Below, piece by piece: positions 10,143 to 18,587 of a stretch of 52,108 bases of DNA. A program made the translations under genes and the position numbers. The first letter of the stretch is position 1, and each line of letters begins with the position of its first letter. The stretch covers positions 620,001 to 672,108 of the forward strand of contig CAUYUJ010000004.1 in NCBI GenBank assembly GCA_963575745.1. Reading direction: 5' to 3'. The DNA comes from Prorocentrum cordatum (lineage: Eukaryota). Below the pieces are notes generated by a model, which made no database searches, had not been told where the DNA came from, and was given only the letters and a program-made list of their open reading frames with translations.

Positions 10143-13100
10143 ATGAGCGGCTTCGCGGCGCAGCCGTTCAAGGACTTCTGGGCCGACAAGGTTTTCCCCC
10201 TCATCGAGACTGACTTCAAGCGGCTTCTCAAGACCATTCCGAAGCGCGTCGCCGAGAGGGCCGAGAAGCCGGAGAGGGAGAAGCCAGACAAGTCGCAGGA
10301 GGACCAGTCGAAGAATATCTCGAAGAAGGACAGCAAGGACAGAACTCCATTGCAGGAGAAGCTCGCCAGGATCATCGAAGAGTGCAACGAGAAGGGCGAG
10401 CGCAGGAATGCCTATCTGAACCTGGCGTATACGGCGCCCATCGACAACAGTCTCCTGGAGGAGAATATCACGGTGGGCAATGTGGAGAACGCGGCTGCGG
10501 ACGTGTTCATGTCGAACGTGCCGACGGACGACGCGGCTGAAACAGCGAACGACTCTCTTGAGGGCGCTGGCGACGTCGAGTGCACAGCCCAGGGCAACCC
10601 ACAGCGGCGCATCGTGGAGACGCTAAGCCAGGTCAAGCGTGGCAGGCCTTGGAACATCCCGAAGCAGGTTGAGAAAGGGTTCGAGATCCCCATCATGATC
10701 ACCTACGTGAACCAGACCGCTGTGCCCGAGACCGGCAAGTTCAAGCGTTTGGGCAGTGACGTCGTGGTCAACGCTGTCTGGCTGGCCTACTACTGGGCGA
10801 AAGAGGAAGGCAACAGGAAGGCCGCACAAGCGCTGGAGGACTTGATTCTGGATTGGCCCTTCGATTTCGTGCTGATCCCGGGGCGCGCGGCTGAGGATAT
10901 CGAGGAGAACAAGTTCAAGTGGTCTGTCAACCAGAGAGCCCGCCACGAGAGCCTGCGCGCCTGGCTCGGTGTCGAGAACCAGAACCTCATGCGCATCGTG
11001 GCACGTGCGGCGGAAATCTTGAAGAGCGGCGGGCCAGGTGGCGGGAACCCCTCGGCAGAGAAGGCGCAGGCGTGGTTGGAGAACAACATACAGTGGGGAC
11101 TTATGCACTGCCCCAGCCTGAGGACCGTCAAGACGCACACGATCAACTGGCCCGCTCTCGATAAGTGCCTAGGGGCATTGCTGCTTTTGGATGCCGCCGT
11201 GAACCGTTGGGGGCGAGACAATCTGCTGGACAAGCCCACGCAGCTTGGGATGATCACCGCGAAGACGGACGCTACCACGCTGGGGCACGTCTTGGAAAGC
11301 CTGTACACGCGGATGTGGCGGAAGAGCGTGAAGGACCCGTACAGCGCCTCCACCATCGGCCAGGTAGTGGCCGAGATCTTGTGGGCGAAGAAGTACGTGG
11401 CGAACTTTCTGAAACAGTACCCAGACTTGTTCAAAGGCAGCACTGGCTGCAACAGCACTGAAACACCAGACACACAGGATAACGCCGCCGAGAGAAAAAT
11501 CATGGTCATGGCGACGCAATACCTCGACTCGCCGCTCAAGTTCCTCGAGAAGACTGAGGGGCCTGACAAGGACCCGACCTGGGTGCAGTCACTGCCGACC
11601 GACGCGCTGCGCCTGGCGATGAGACACTTCCTCGAAATAGGCCAGGAATTCTACAAGCAGGAGATCTCTGGCGCCCTCACCCAGTCGTACGCCGAGCGCT
11701 ACAACATGGACAAGTTCCACAGGAGCGTGCGAGTGAACAAGAGGTTCTTCGAGAGGTTCCAGATCGCGTACGACTCCCTCGTGGGAAACCCCCAGGAACC
11801 GTCAGAGGAAAAGCCTGCAGACAGCGACACGGTCGGTGCTGCAACAGCGGGCGGTGCTGGAACAGCGGAGGCGGCTTCCGAGGACAAGAACAAGATCGAC
11901 GTCTCCCCGAGCGACGTGAATAACTTCAAGGCGCTGTGCGAGCAGCAGTGCTCTACCGTGCTGGATACGCGGGTCGTCATGATCACGGCGGAGGGCAGCG
12001 CCATGGATATCAACGCTTCGGTTACTAAGACACGCCTATACCAGAACCTCACAGAGAATGCATCAGTGATGGGCTTCTACGACGTTACGAATGCGAAGTT
12101 GCGCTGCGTCTTCGAGGGGCAATGCCTCACGCACCGTGAGCCCGCGCTGGACGAGCAGGGTTTCACACGCTACCTGAAGTCCCTGGAACCGCTGATGGTC
12201 GGTGGACGGGACGTGCTGTGGGTGTTGACGGGCCGCGCGCAGTCGAACCTCCCGAAGATCCAGAAGATCTTCGTCGCAAACAAGTTCCGCACGGTCACAT
12301 ACCACCTCGCCTACAACGCGAAGCATATGCAGCAGTACGGCCACTTTCAGAGGCAGCGAGGCTTGGCGAACTCGCGCTCGCACGAGGTCATGTTGCTCTG
12401 CTACAAGGGGAGGAAGCCGAAGCAAATGGCCAAGTCCAGGCAGTTCGTGGACGCGGGCAGCCCCCTCTTCAACGAAGTGATGAGGAACGTGCCTGTCCTG
12501 CAGCAGAAGAGCCACGCCCTCGTGCCCAAGCAGGTTTGGGAGACCAGCTTGGCCAGCATGGTCGGCCAGTGCGTCACCGAGGTGGAGGCCGAGGAGCGAG
12601 AGAAGCTGGGGTACTGCCACCCTCTTCAGGAGGACGACGAGGGCGCTGATTGTGGCGCCGAGGCGCTCGACGAAGCTGCAACAGCCGTCCGCCCCGAGAA
12701 GGCCCTCGTGACTGCGGCCGTGAAGAAGCGGAAACTCTACCGCCAGCTCACGGGAACGGAGGTGCCGTGGTTCCCGCACGACAGCGACATCGAGTTCCTC
12801 AAGGAGCTGTGCCACGAGGCGGGGAAGCCCAGGTGGGTGTACTTCGGCGCGCCTGCGGGCGGCGCAGGCATGCACGGCTGCATCGAGAGCGGGCGCAGTG
12901 TGTTGGCCTTGACTTTCGACGACCACCACGCGAAGGTGCTCAAGCCTTTTCTCGTGGAGCGTGCCGTCGAGGCCATGCTCGGGAGCAGCACCATGGTGTT
13001 CGTGAACGAGGACCTGCTTGCACGCTCTGTGGAGTTGCGCCTGACAAAGGAGGGCCCGAAGGAGGACCCGAAGGATGGGGAGAAGGAGGGCGACAACAAG

Positions 13101-13283
13101 AAGGGGGGCAAGAAGGAGGACAAGAAGAAGGTCAAGAAGGATAATAAGAAGAAGGACAAGAAGGATGACAAGAATAAGGGTAAGAAGGGTAAGAAGCGCG
13201 ACGCCGGCGCGTCCTCGACCTCAGACTCCTGGTCCTCAGACGACTCCTCGGCCTCGAAGAAGAAGAAGCCGAAGACATGCTGA
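10143..13283 (+). CDS. Intronless ~1046-aa protein: ParB/Srx-like N-terminal region, helical middle, beta-class N6A/N4C DNA methyltransferase-like domain (degenerate motifs), Lys-rich tail
   Basis: Open frame 9948-13283 with strong GC3 bias from ATG 10143. ParB-like: GFEIPIMIT...KRLG...WPFDFV...KWSVNQRARHESL. MTase-like: FTRYLKSLEPLMVGGRDVLWV, HEVMLLCYKG, FPHDSDIEFLKELCHEAGKPRWVYFGAPAGGAGMHGCIESGRSVLALTFDDHHAKV. The CDS is near certain; the domain labels are by-eye inference. Confidence 0.85.
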   Translation: MSGFAAQPFKDFWADKVFPLIETDFKRLLKTIPKRVAERAEKPEREKPDKSQEDQSKNISKKDSKDRTPLQEKLARIIEECNEKGERRNAYLNLAYTAPIDNSLLEENITVGNVENAAADVFMSNVPTDDAAETANDSLEGAGDVECTAQGNPQRRIVETLSQVKRGRPWNIPKQVEKGFEIPIMITYVNQTAVPETGKFKRLGSDVVVNAVWLAYYWAKEEGNRKAAQALEDLILDWPFDFVLIPGRAAEDIEENKFKWSVNQRARHESLRAWLGVENQNLMRIVARAAEILKSGGPGGGNPSAEKAQAWLENNIQWGLMHCPSLRTVKTHTINWPALDKCLGALLLLDAAVNRWGRDNLLDKPTQLGMITAKTDATTLGHVLESLYTRMWRKSVKDPYSASTIGQVVAEILWAKKYVANFLKQYPDLFKGSTGCNSTETPDTQDNAAERKIMVMATQYLDSPLKFLEKTEGPDKDPTWVQSLPTDALRLAMRHFLEIGQEFYKQEISGALTQSYAERYNMDKFHRSVRVNKRFFERFQIAYDSLVGNPQEPSEEKPADSDTVGAATAGGAGTAEAASEDKNKIDVSPSDVNNFKALCEQQCSTVLDTRVVMITAEGSAMDINASVTKTRLYQNLTENASVMGFYDVTNAKLRCVFEGQCLTHREPALDEQGFTRYLKSLEPLMVGGRDVLWVLTGRAQSNLPKIQKIFVANKFRTVTYHLAYNAKHMQQYGHFQRQRGLANSRSHEVMLLCYKGRKPKQMAKSRQFVDAGSPLFNEVMRNVPVLQQKSHALVPKQVWETSLASMVGQCVTEVEAEEREKLGYCHPLQEDDEGADCGAEALDEAATAVRPEKALVTAAVKKRKLYRQLTGTEVPWFPHDSDIEFLKELCHEAGKPRWVYFGAPAGGAGMHGCIESGRSVLALTFDDHHAKVLKPFLVERAVEAMLGSSTMVFVNEDLLARSVELRLTKEGPKEDPKDGEKEGDNKKGGKKEDKKKVKKDNKKKDKKDDKNKGKKGKKRDAGASSTSDSWSSDDSSASKKKKPKTC

Positions 13284-13864
13284 AACAGAGCACAGGCTTG
13301 AGCACAGGCTGCAACATAATTCGACAGCTCCGACGCAGGAGCCAGCCCGCACCCTCCTGTTCCCGTGCGTGGAGCTGTCACTTGTTTGATTTTGGATTGC
13401 AACAGTCGCGCGCTGGCGGCGGCGCCTCCGTTCTCGTAATGGGGCGCGCGCCACATTCTGGCCTATGCAGTACACGGCACCTTGCGTACATATAGGAACA
13501 TAGTCCTCCGTCATCCCTTCGTCGCCATCCGTCGCACTTGGCCCACGGCGCAGGCAAGGCGCAGAGTCAGGATGCTTACCTTTCCAAAGGGTACCCACGT
13601 TGCATCCTACGCTTTCTGTTCCGAAGCTGGGGGGCCGGATAAACAACAGATACCATGCCGCCAAGGCCCTTGCATCCTTACGGCGCTCTGTAGGGGCGGG
13701 CCAGGATGGGGATGCAGCAGGGCAGGGAAGACACGGGAAGCAACGCTCCGAGGAGCGGCCGCAGGGGGAGGATGAGGACGGAGGGGGGGCCCGCAGGCGT
13801 CTCGGTTCACTCCAACTTAGCGGGCCCGCAGGGACGACACTGCCGTCAGCGGGCCTTCGCGGCG

Positions 13865-15107
13865 ATGGCTGCCTCGGGCGGCAGCGGTCGCGACAGGAAC
13901 AAGGTTCTCTTCTATGAGTGGGGCTGTTACTTGCAGGGTGACGGGTCGAACAACGACAAGATCAACAAGAAGCTGAGGGAGACCTGCAGCAATAGCATGG
14001 CCAGGGTGGCAAAAAGGGGCCCCGACCGCAAAAGTGACGCTGGAGAAGGTAACGAAGAACAAATGTGTGTTGAGGTGGTCAAAGCCAGTTTCGTATGACA
14101 CCTGCACGCGGCTCCTCAAGATTGCGCTGGGCGCCAACTGGAAAGACTATGTGAGCAAGCCTGCGGGGGTGCCAGGGCGCCCGAAATGGGCTGGAACAGC
14201 TAACGCTGCAGAAGATGAGCCAGCTGTCGCCGAGGGCCACGGTGTCGCAGGAGAAACCCTAGAGGACGCGCTGGGGAAGGTGCTCGTTCCCGCCGCGGGC
14301 GGGGTATCGGAGCCTACGCCACCGACGGCTGCTCGTCGCGGGTCTGCTGGTCCGAGAGCGGTGTCCCACGACGAGGGTCGTGTGAATCTACTTGCACTGA
14401 AGCTCGACGCGGTCGGGCACGCGTACGAAAACAAACAGAAGGGCAAGTGCGAGGACCTGCCGCCCGAGTACGACTTGCAGTGGGAAGGAGGGGAGCTCGG
14501 TGAGGGCTCTTTCGGCAAGGTCTACTTGGGCACGCGACAGGGCGACAAGACTGGCCTTGCGATCAAGATGCTGCGGGACGACCCCAGCGATGCGCAGAAG
14601 GGGTGCCATGCGGATGCCGTCGGAGGGGCTCTGGATGAGGTCATGCGCCGCGGCGCTGTGGGCACGCGCCCGCGTCTCGTTCGCTTACTCGACGTGGGCC
14701 TTTTCAGGAGGTTGCGCCCAGGAACTGCAACAGTCCCGAAGAAAGCACACCGAGAACTGCAACAGTCAGTACCAAGGATAGATAGGAAATGGACGGAGCA
14801 CATCGGCCTCGTGCACGAGTTGTTCGAGATCGATGTCTGCCAATTCCTCAAGCAGGCCTCCTTCACGCAGACAGGGATGCGCCGCGTCCTGAACAGCGTT
14901 CTCGAAGGGCTCCAGTACATGCACGACAGGGGCCTCATTCACTGCGACATCAAGCCCGCGAACATCCTGATGCGAGGGTCGCCGCAGACGCGCGGCTGCT
15001 TCGAGAAGCAGGCGCTTGTATCACGTGAGCTTGGCGAATGGGATCCCGTCGCGCCGTGCCCAAAGAGCAAGCTGCAGTTCGACTGGCAGATCCCGAGTTC
15101 CTTCGAG
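13865..15107 (+). CDS. Ser/Thr protein kinase-dioxygenase fusion, exon 1 (N-terminal extension plus kinase subdomains I-VIb); one frameshift near 14010-14035
   Basis: GEGSFGKV Gly-loop, AIK lysine, IHCDIKPANIL catalytic loop. The upstream frame from ATG 13865 (MAASGGSG...) joins the 14034 frame across homopolymer runs. Confidence 0.8.
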
Positions 15108-15852
15108 GCGCGTCGTCGTCGTCGCCGTCGTCGTCGCCGTCGTCGTCGTCGTCCTCCTCCTCGTCCTCCTCGTCCTCGTCGTCCTCGTCGTCCTCGCCGT
15201 CCTCGTCGTCCTCGTCGTCCTCGTCGTCGTCCTCCTCGTCCTCGTCGTCGTCGTCCTCGTCGTCCTCGTCATCCTCGTCATCCTCGTCGTCCTCGTCGTC
15301 GTCCTCCTCGTCCTCGTCGTCGTCGTCCTCGTCGTCCTCGTCATCATCGTCATCCTCGTCATCCTCGTCGTCGTCGTCGTCATCCTCGTCATCATCGTCG
15401 TTCCTTCGACTAAGATCCCGAGTTGTCAGGGCTCACATGGAGCTCTAACATAGTATGTTAGAGCTCCCAGGGAGCTCTAACATGCTATGTTAGAGCTCCC
15501 ATGGAGCTCTAACATGCCATGTTAGAGCTCCATGGGAGCTCTAACCTAGCATGTCAGATCTCCCCAGGGAGCTCTAACATAGCATGTGAGAGCTCCGATG
15601 GAGCTCTAACATAGCGTGTTAGAGCTCCCATGGAGCTCTAACATAGCATGTTAGAGCTCCGACGACGCCCTCATCGAGGTCAGAGCTCAGCTTATCTCAC
15701 TAGCCTTCATGTTAGGTCTCACACCGAGTTCTAACAAGGGAGGTTCCACCCTTCCCCCGAGATGCCGTCGTCGTGCCCTCTATCCCGCCCTTCCCTCCAG
15801 GGGGAGCTCAGTCGCCGTCGCTCCCCTCTCCTCCATCCGCCCCTCTCCGCAG
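15108..15852 (+). other. Phase-0 GC-AG intron filled with (GTC/CTC) microsatellite and GAGCTC satellite
   Basis: GAG|GCGCGT donor at 15108 and pyrimidine-rich CCGCAG|GTG acceptor at 15852. Splicing gives ...QIPSSFE-VVLADLG, restoring kinase subdomain VII in frame. Confidence 0.85.
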
Positions 15853-17445
15853 GTGGTGCTCGCCGACCTCGGCTGTGTGGAGATGGCGGATCCCCACGGC
15901 AGGTTGAAGAGGAAACTGCGCTACAGCCCGACCTGCGATGACCTCGGAGTATGCACGCCCGCTTACAGAGCGGTAGACGTTTTCTTGGGGAACCAGCGCT
16001 ACTCAGAGGACCTGGACATGTGGTCCATCGGGTGCCTGATGGCGGAGTTGTACACGCGCAAGGTGTTGTTCCAACCAGAGCCTTGCGGCGCGCTCGGGCA
16101 TCCTCCAGGGGGGCACCCGAAAGACTTCGTGGTTTTCTGCAGGGAGGTCTTGGGGATCCCAGGCAAGGAGCCAGGGTCGGGAGACTTCTACAATTACGAG
16201 GGCCAGGAACCCGCCCCGTGGCTGGACAACCTGCCTTTCTTTGAGAAGTGGTTCAAGCGGTCGGGCGAGGATTGGCTAAAGGCTGAAACAGCGAAGGCAC
16301 TCGACGGCCGAGGGCGCTGGCCCGTTGACGAACTTGCAGACTGCCCCCCCAGACTTGTTGAAGGCCGCCGAGAGCTGCCTGCTTTGGCACCCTGGCGCCA
16401 GAGCGACAATCAGTCGTCTAAGGGCTTGTCGCTTCCTGCAGCCGGCTGGTGCCCAGCTCGTCGTGCGCATCTCCATGGCGCAGGGAAAAACGGCACGGGC
16501 GCGATAGCGGAGGCGGAGCTGGACCCAGACTTGCTCCGCTTCTTGCAGAGAGACCCGCACTGGCAGAACTTGGCCGAGGAGCGCCTGGACACGGGATCAA
16601 CCGTCTCCAAATGCGTCCGAGGCGACGAGGCGGCAAAGGGCTTGAAAACAGAGGTCGCAGGCATCGTGGACGACGAAAGCCCCCCGAAGTGCCGCAGTCT
16701 AAACAAGGACGGGAATTTGCAGATCACCCCCTCGCCCCACATGGCCGCCTTCGTGCGAGCGCTGCGGAAGAAGATGCGCCCGTGGCTGCAACAGCTGGGA
16801 GACAAAATGCGCGAGGCTGTCAAAGCCGACGGCATGCCACCTGCCATCGTCGAGCAGAACGGAAAGCCCATCATGACAGAGCATTTCGCCGACAACGTGT
16901 TCGCGTGCGCATCGATCCAGCTCATGCAACCAGGCGCGCGGGACGATGGTTGGCACACAGATGGTGGCTGCTCCCTGTTGCACGCGGCCGCGACGATTTT
17001 CGGGGCGCGCTCCGTGCAAGTGAGGACCCCAGGGGTCCTGGGAGCACATGATGGGGCGTCACCCTCGAGCACGGCCTCCTGCGGAAGGGTCCTCACCCTC
17101 GAGCAAAAGCCTGGGTCATTCTACATGGGCGCCCTGTCCTCCCTCGAGCACAACGTGCACCACCGCGCCTCCGCGGACTGCCAGGACTGTTTCGCGACCC
17201 ACCACGAGCTGCAACAGCGCGTAGACGACAGCAGGCTGCAGATCGCCGTCATGATCCGCTCCGACCTCTTTCGGGAGTTCAGGGCGCGCAGGATCGACGC
17301 CACGCCTGGCCCGAAGGAGTTCTTCAACGTCGTGAACCGCGTCGTGGCCGATCACCTGGCGCGGGCCCCCGTGGCGCTGCCCGACCTCACGGAGGTGCTT
17401 GACGAAATGCGGTGGCCCGCTTCCACGGAGGGGCTTTCCGATTGA
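15853..17445 (+). CDS. Kinase-dioxygenase fusion, exon 2: kinase subdomains VII-XI (CMGC-like) plus C-terminal AlkB-type 2OG-Fe(II) dioxygenase
   Basis: DLG, CTPAYRAVDV, DMWSIGCLMAEL. Subdomain XI (DLLKAAESCLLWHPGARAT) is in a shifted frame between C7 at 16344-16350 and A5 at 16486-16490. Then GWHTD (HxD), FGARSV, KPGSFYM...LEHNV (distal His), RLQIAVMIR (Arg). Confidence 0.8.
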   Translation: MVLADLGCVEMADPHGRLKRKLRYSPTCDDLGVCTPAYRAVDVFLGNQRYSEDLDMWSIGCLMAELYTRKVLFQPEPCGALGHPPGGHPKDFVVFCREVLGIPGKEPGSGDFYNYEGQEPAPWLDNLPFFEKWFKRSGEDWLKAETAKALDGRGRWPVDELADCPPRLVEGRRELPALAPWRQSDNQSSKGLSLPAAGWCPARRAHLHGAGKNGTGAIAEAELDPDLLRFLQRDPHWQNLAEERLDTGSTVSKCVRGDEAAKGLKTEVAGIVDDESPPKCRSLNKDGNLQITPSPHMAAFVRALRKKMRPWLQQLGDKMREAVKADGMPPAIVEQNGKPIMTEHFADNVFACASIQLMQPGARDDGWHTDGGCSLLHAAATIFGARSVQVRTPGVLGAHDGASPSSTASCGRVLTLEQKPGSFYMGALSSLEHNVHHRASADCQDCFATHHELQQRVDDSRLQIAVMIRSDLFREFRARRIDATPGPKEFFNVVNRVVADHLARAPVALPDLTEVLDEMRWPASTEGLSD

Positions 17446-17462
17446 TAGGCAGCACGGCCCGC

Positions 17463-17730
17463 GATCATCATCTTCATCGCCATCATCATCGCAATCATCA
17501 TCGATTTCACCATCCTCGTCATCATCATCATCAGCATCAACATGTTCACGCCGCCATCATCGTCATGCGGGTCTTGATTTAATCATCATCATCATTACAT
17601 GATGATGACGATGACGAGGAGATGATGATGGATATTATGACGATGACGATGATGAGGAGATGGTGGTGATGATGGCGATGACGCGGACGATGATGAATAT
17701 CATGACGACGATGATGACGATGATGATGAA
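17463..17730. repeat. (CAT)n followed by (GAT)n microsatellite in inverted arrangement
   Basis: Directly visible; it separates the dioxygenase stop codon from the truncated Copia end. Confidence 0.9.
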
Positions 17731-17779
17731 ACTGATGCAAAAACAGGTTGGGTCGGTTGAGTCCGAAAACTTCGCCTTA

Positions 17780-18587
17780 AACCAAGCCAGAAGAGAGGTG
17801 CACCGATAAGTCCGGGTACTGGCTTCGCACATTCAAGAACATACAAATGCGTCTGATCATCTGGAATCGCTGCAAACTCCTTGGGAAGCTTCTTCAGGTG
17901 ACGCCAAACGTTGGCCGGTGGAACAATATATACTTCACGCTCTTGTCGTACATCCAGTCCTAATTCTTTCGAACGTTCTGCGAGTTCCCTGAAACGAAGT
18001 CCCTGGAGGAAAGCTGAGGAGATGTCCCAGCTCTCCAGCCCGAAGTCGGGCTCGCACTGACAGATGGATACCATCATACGCTGCGATACACGCGCTGCCG
18101 TCGATGAGTGTCTATCCACTGCCCATTTCTGATTGTCCAGAAAACCACGACCACACAAGCGAGAGCGCATCACCCATTTTTTCTTCCACATCCAGCGTCT
18201 AGCCCACGTGGCGTCGATGAAGTTCTCATTGTTGCACTCAGATTTCAGCTTGGGTTTGAAGCACTCGTGCTTTACGTAGTTCTCGATCTCCTTGAGGTCC
18301 GCCTGCTCGATCTGCGGCCATAAGTTGCCAAACTCTGATTTCTGTATTAGCATGACTCCTTGGGAAGCATATATCTCTACCATTTCGTGCTCAAGCAAAT
18401 CCACATAGAAACATCCCGACGGTGAAGATGTGTCGTTCGTCTTGATGGTGCAGCACGACTCTGAACCCTGCCACGGTTTTGCTGCAGCATGATGGTGAGT
18501 ACTATCAATGTCTGTGATGACTGCGTCCTTGTAATCAATCCACTTGCTGTCCATGAAAAGAGAATGAAGTCCTTTAGTCGGTGTCAC
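17780..18587 (-). pseudogene. Copia-type reverse transcriptase N-terminal half (RVT_2-like)
   Basis: RSRLCGRGFLD, WDISSAFLQG, REVYIVPP, KPVPGLIGAPLFW (cf. K..YGL.DAP..W); it ends before the YxDD motif. Confidence 0.9.

Noticed and set aside
10019..13456. Several long antisense and alternate-frame ORFs over the 1111-aa ORF
   Set aside because: Shadow ORFs caused by high GC3 codon bias; they have no motifs.
13865..14160. Faint resemblance of the kinase N-extension (YLQG; LRWSKPVSY...LLK) to HUH Rep proteins
   Set aside because: No HUH motif in the right position and no clear catalytic Tyr motif; too weak without a profile search.
15016..15453. Poly-Arg/Ser/Val/Thr ORFs, including the Arg-Pro tail of ORF 14034-15413
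   Set aside because: These are translations of an intronic microsatellite; splicing restores the kinase.
15709..15852. N-terminus of the 578-aa ORF as an independent gene start
   Set aside because: It lies in the intron upstream of the AG acceptor.
17450..17780. 3' LTR or polypurine tract of the Copia element
   Set aside because: No match to 25324-25500; the RT breaks off into microsatellite.
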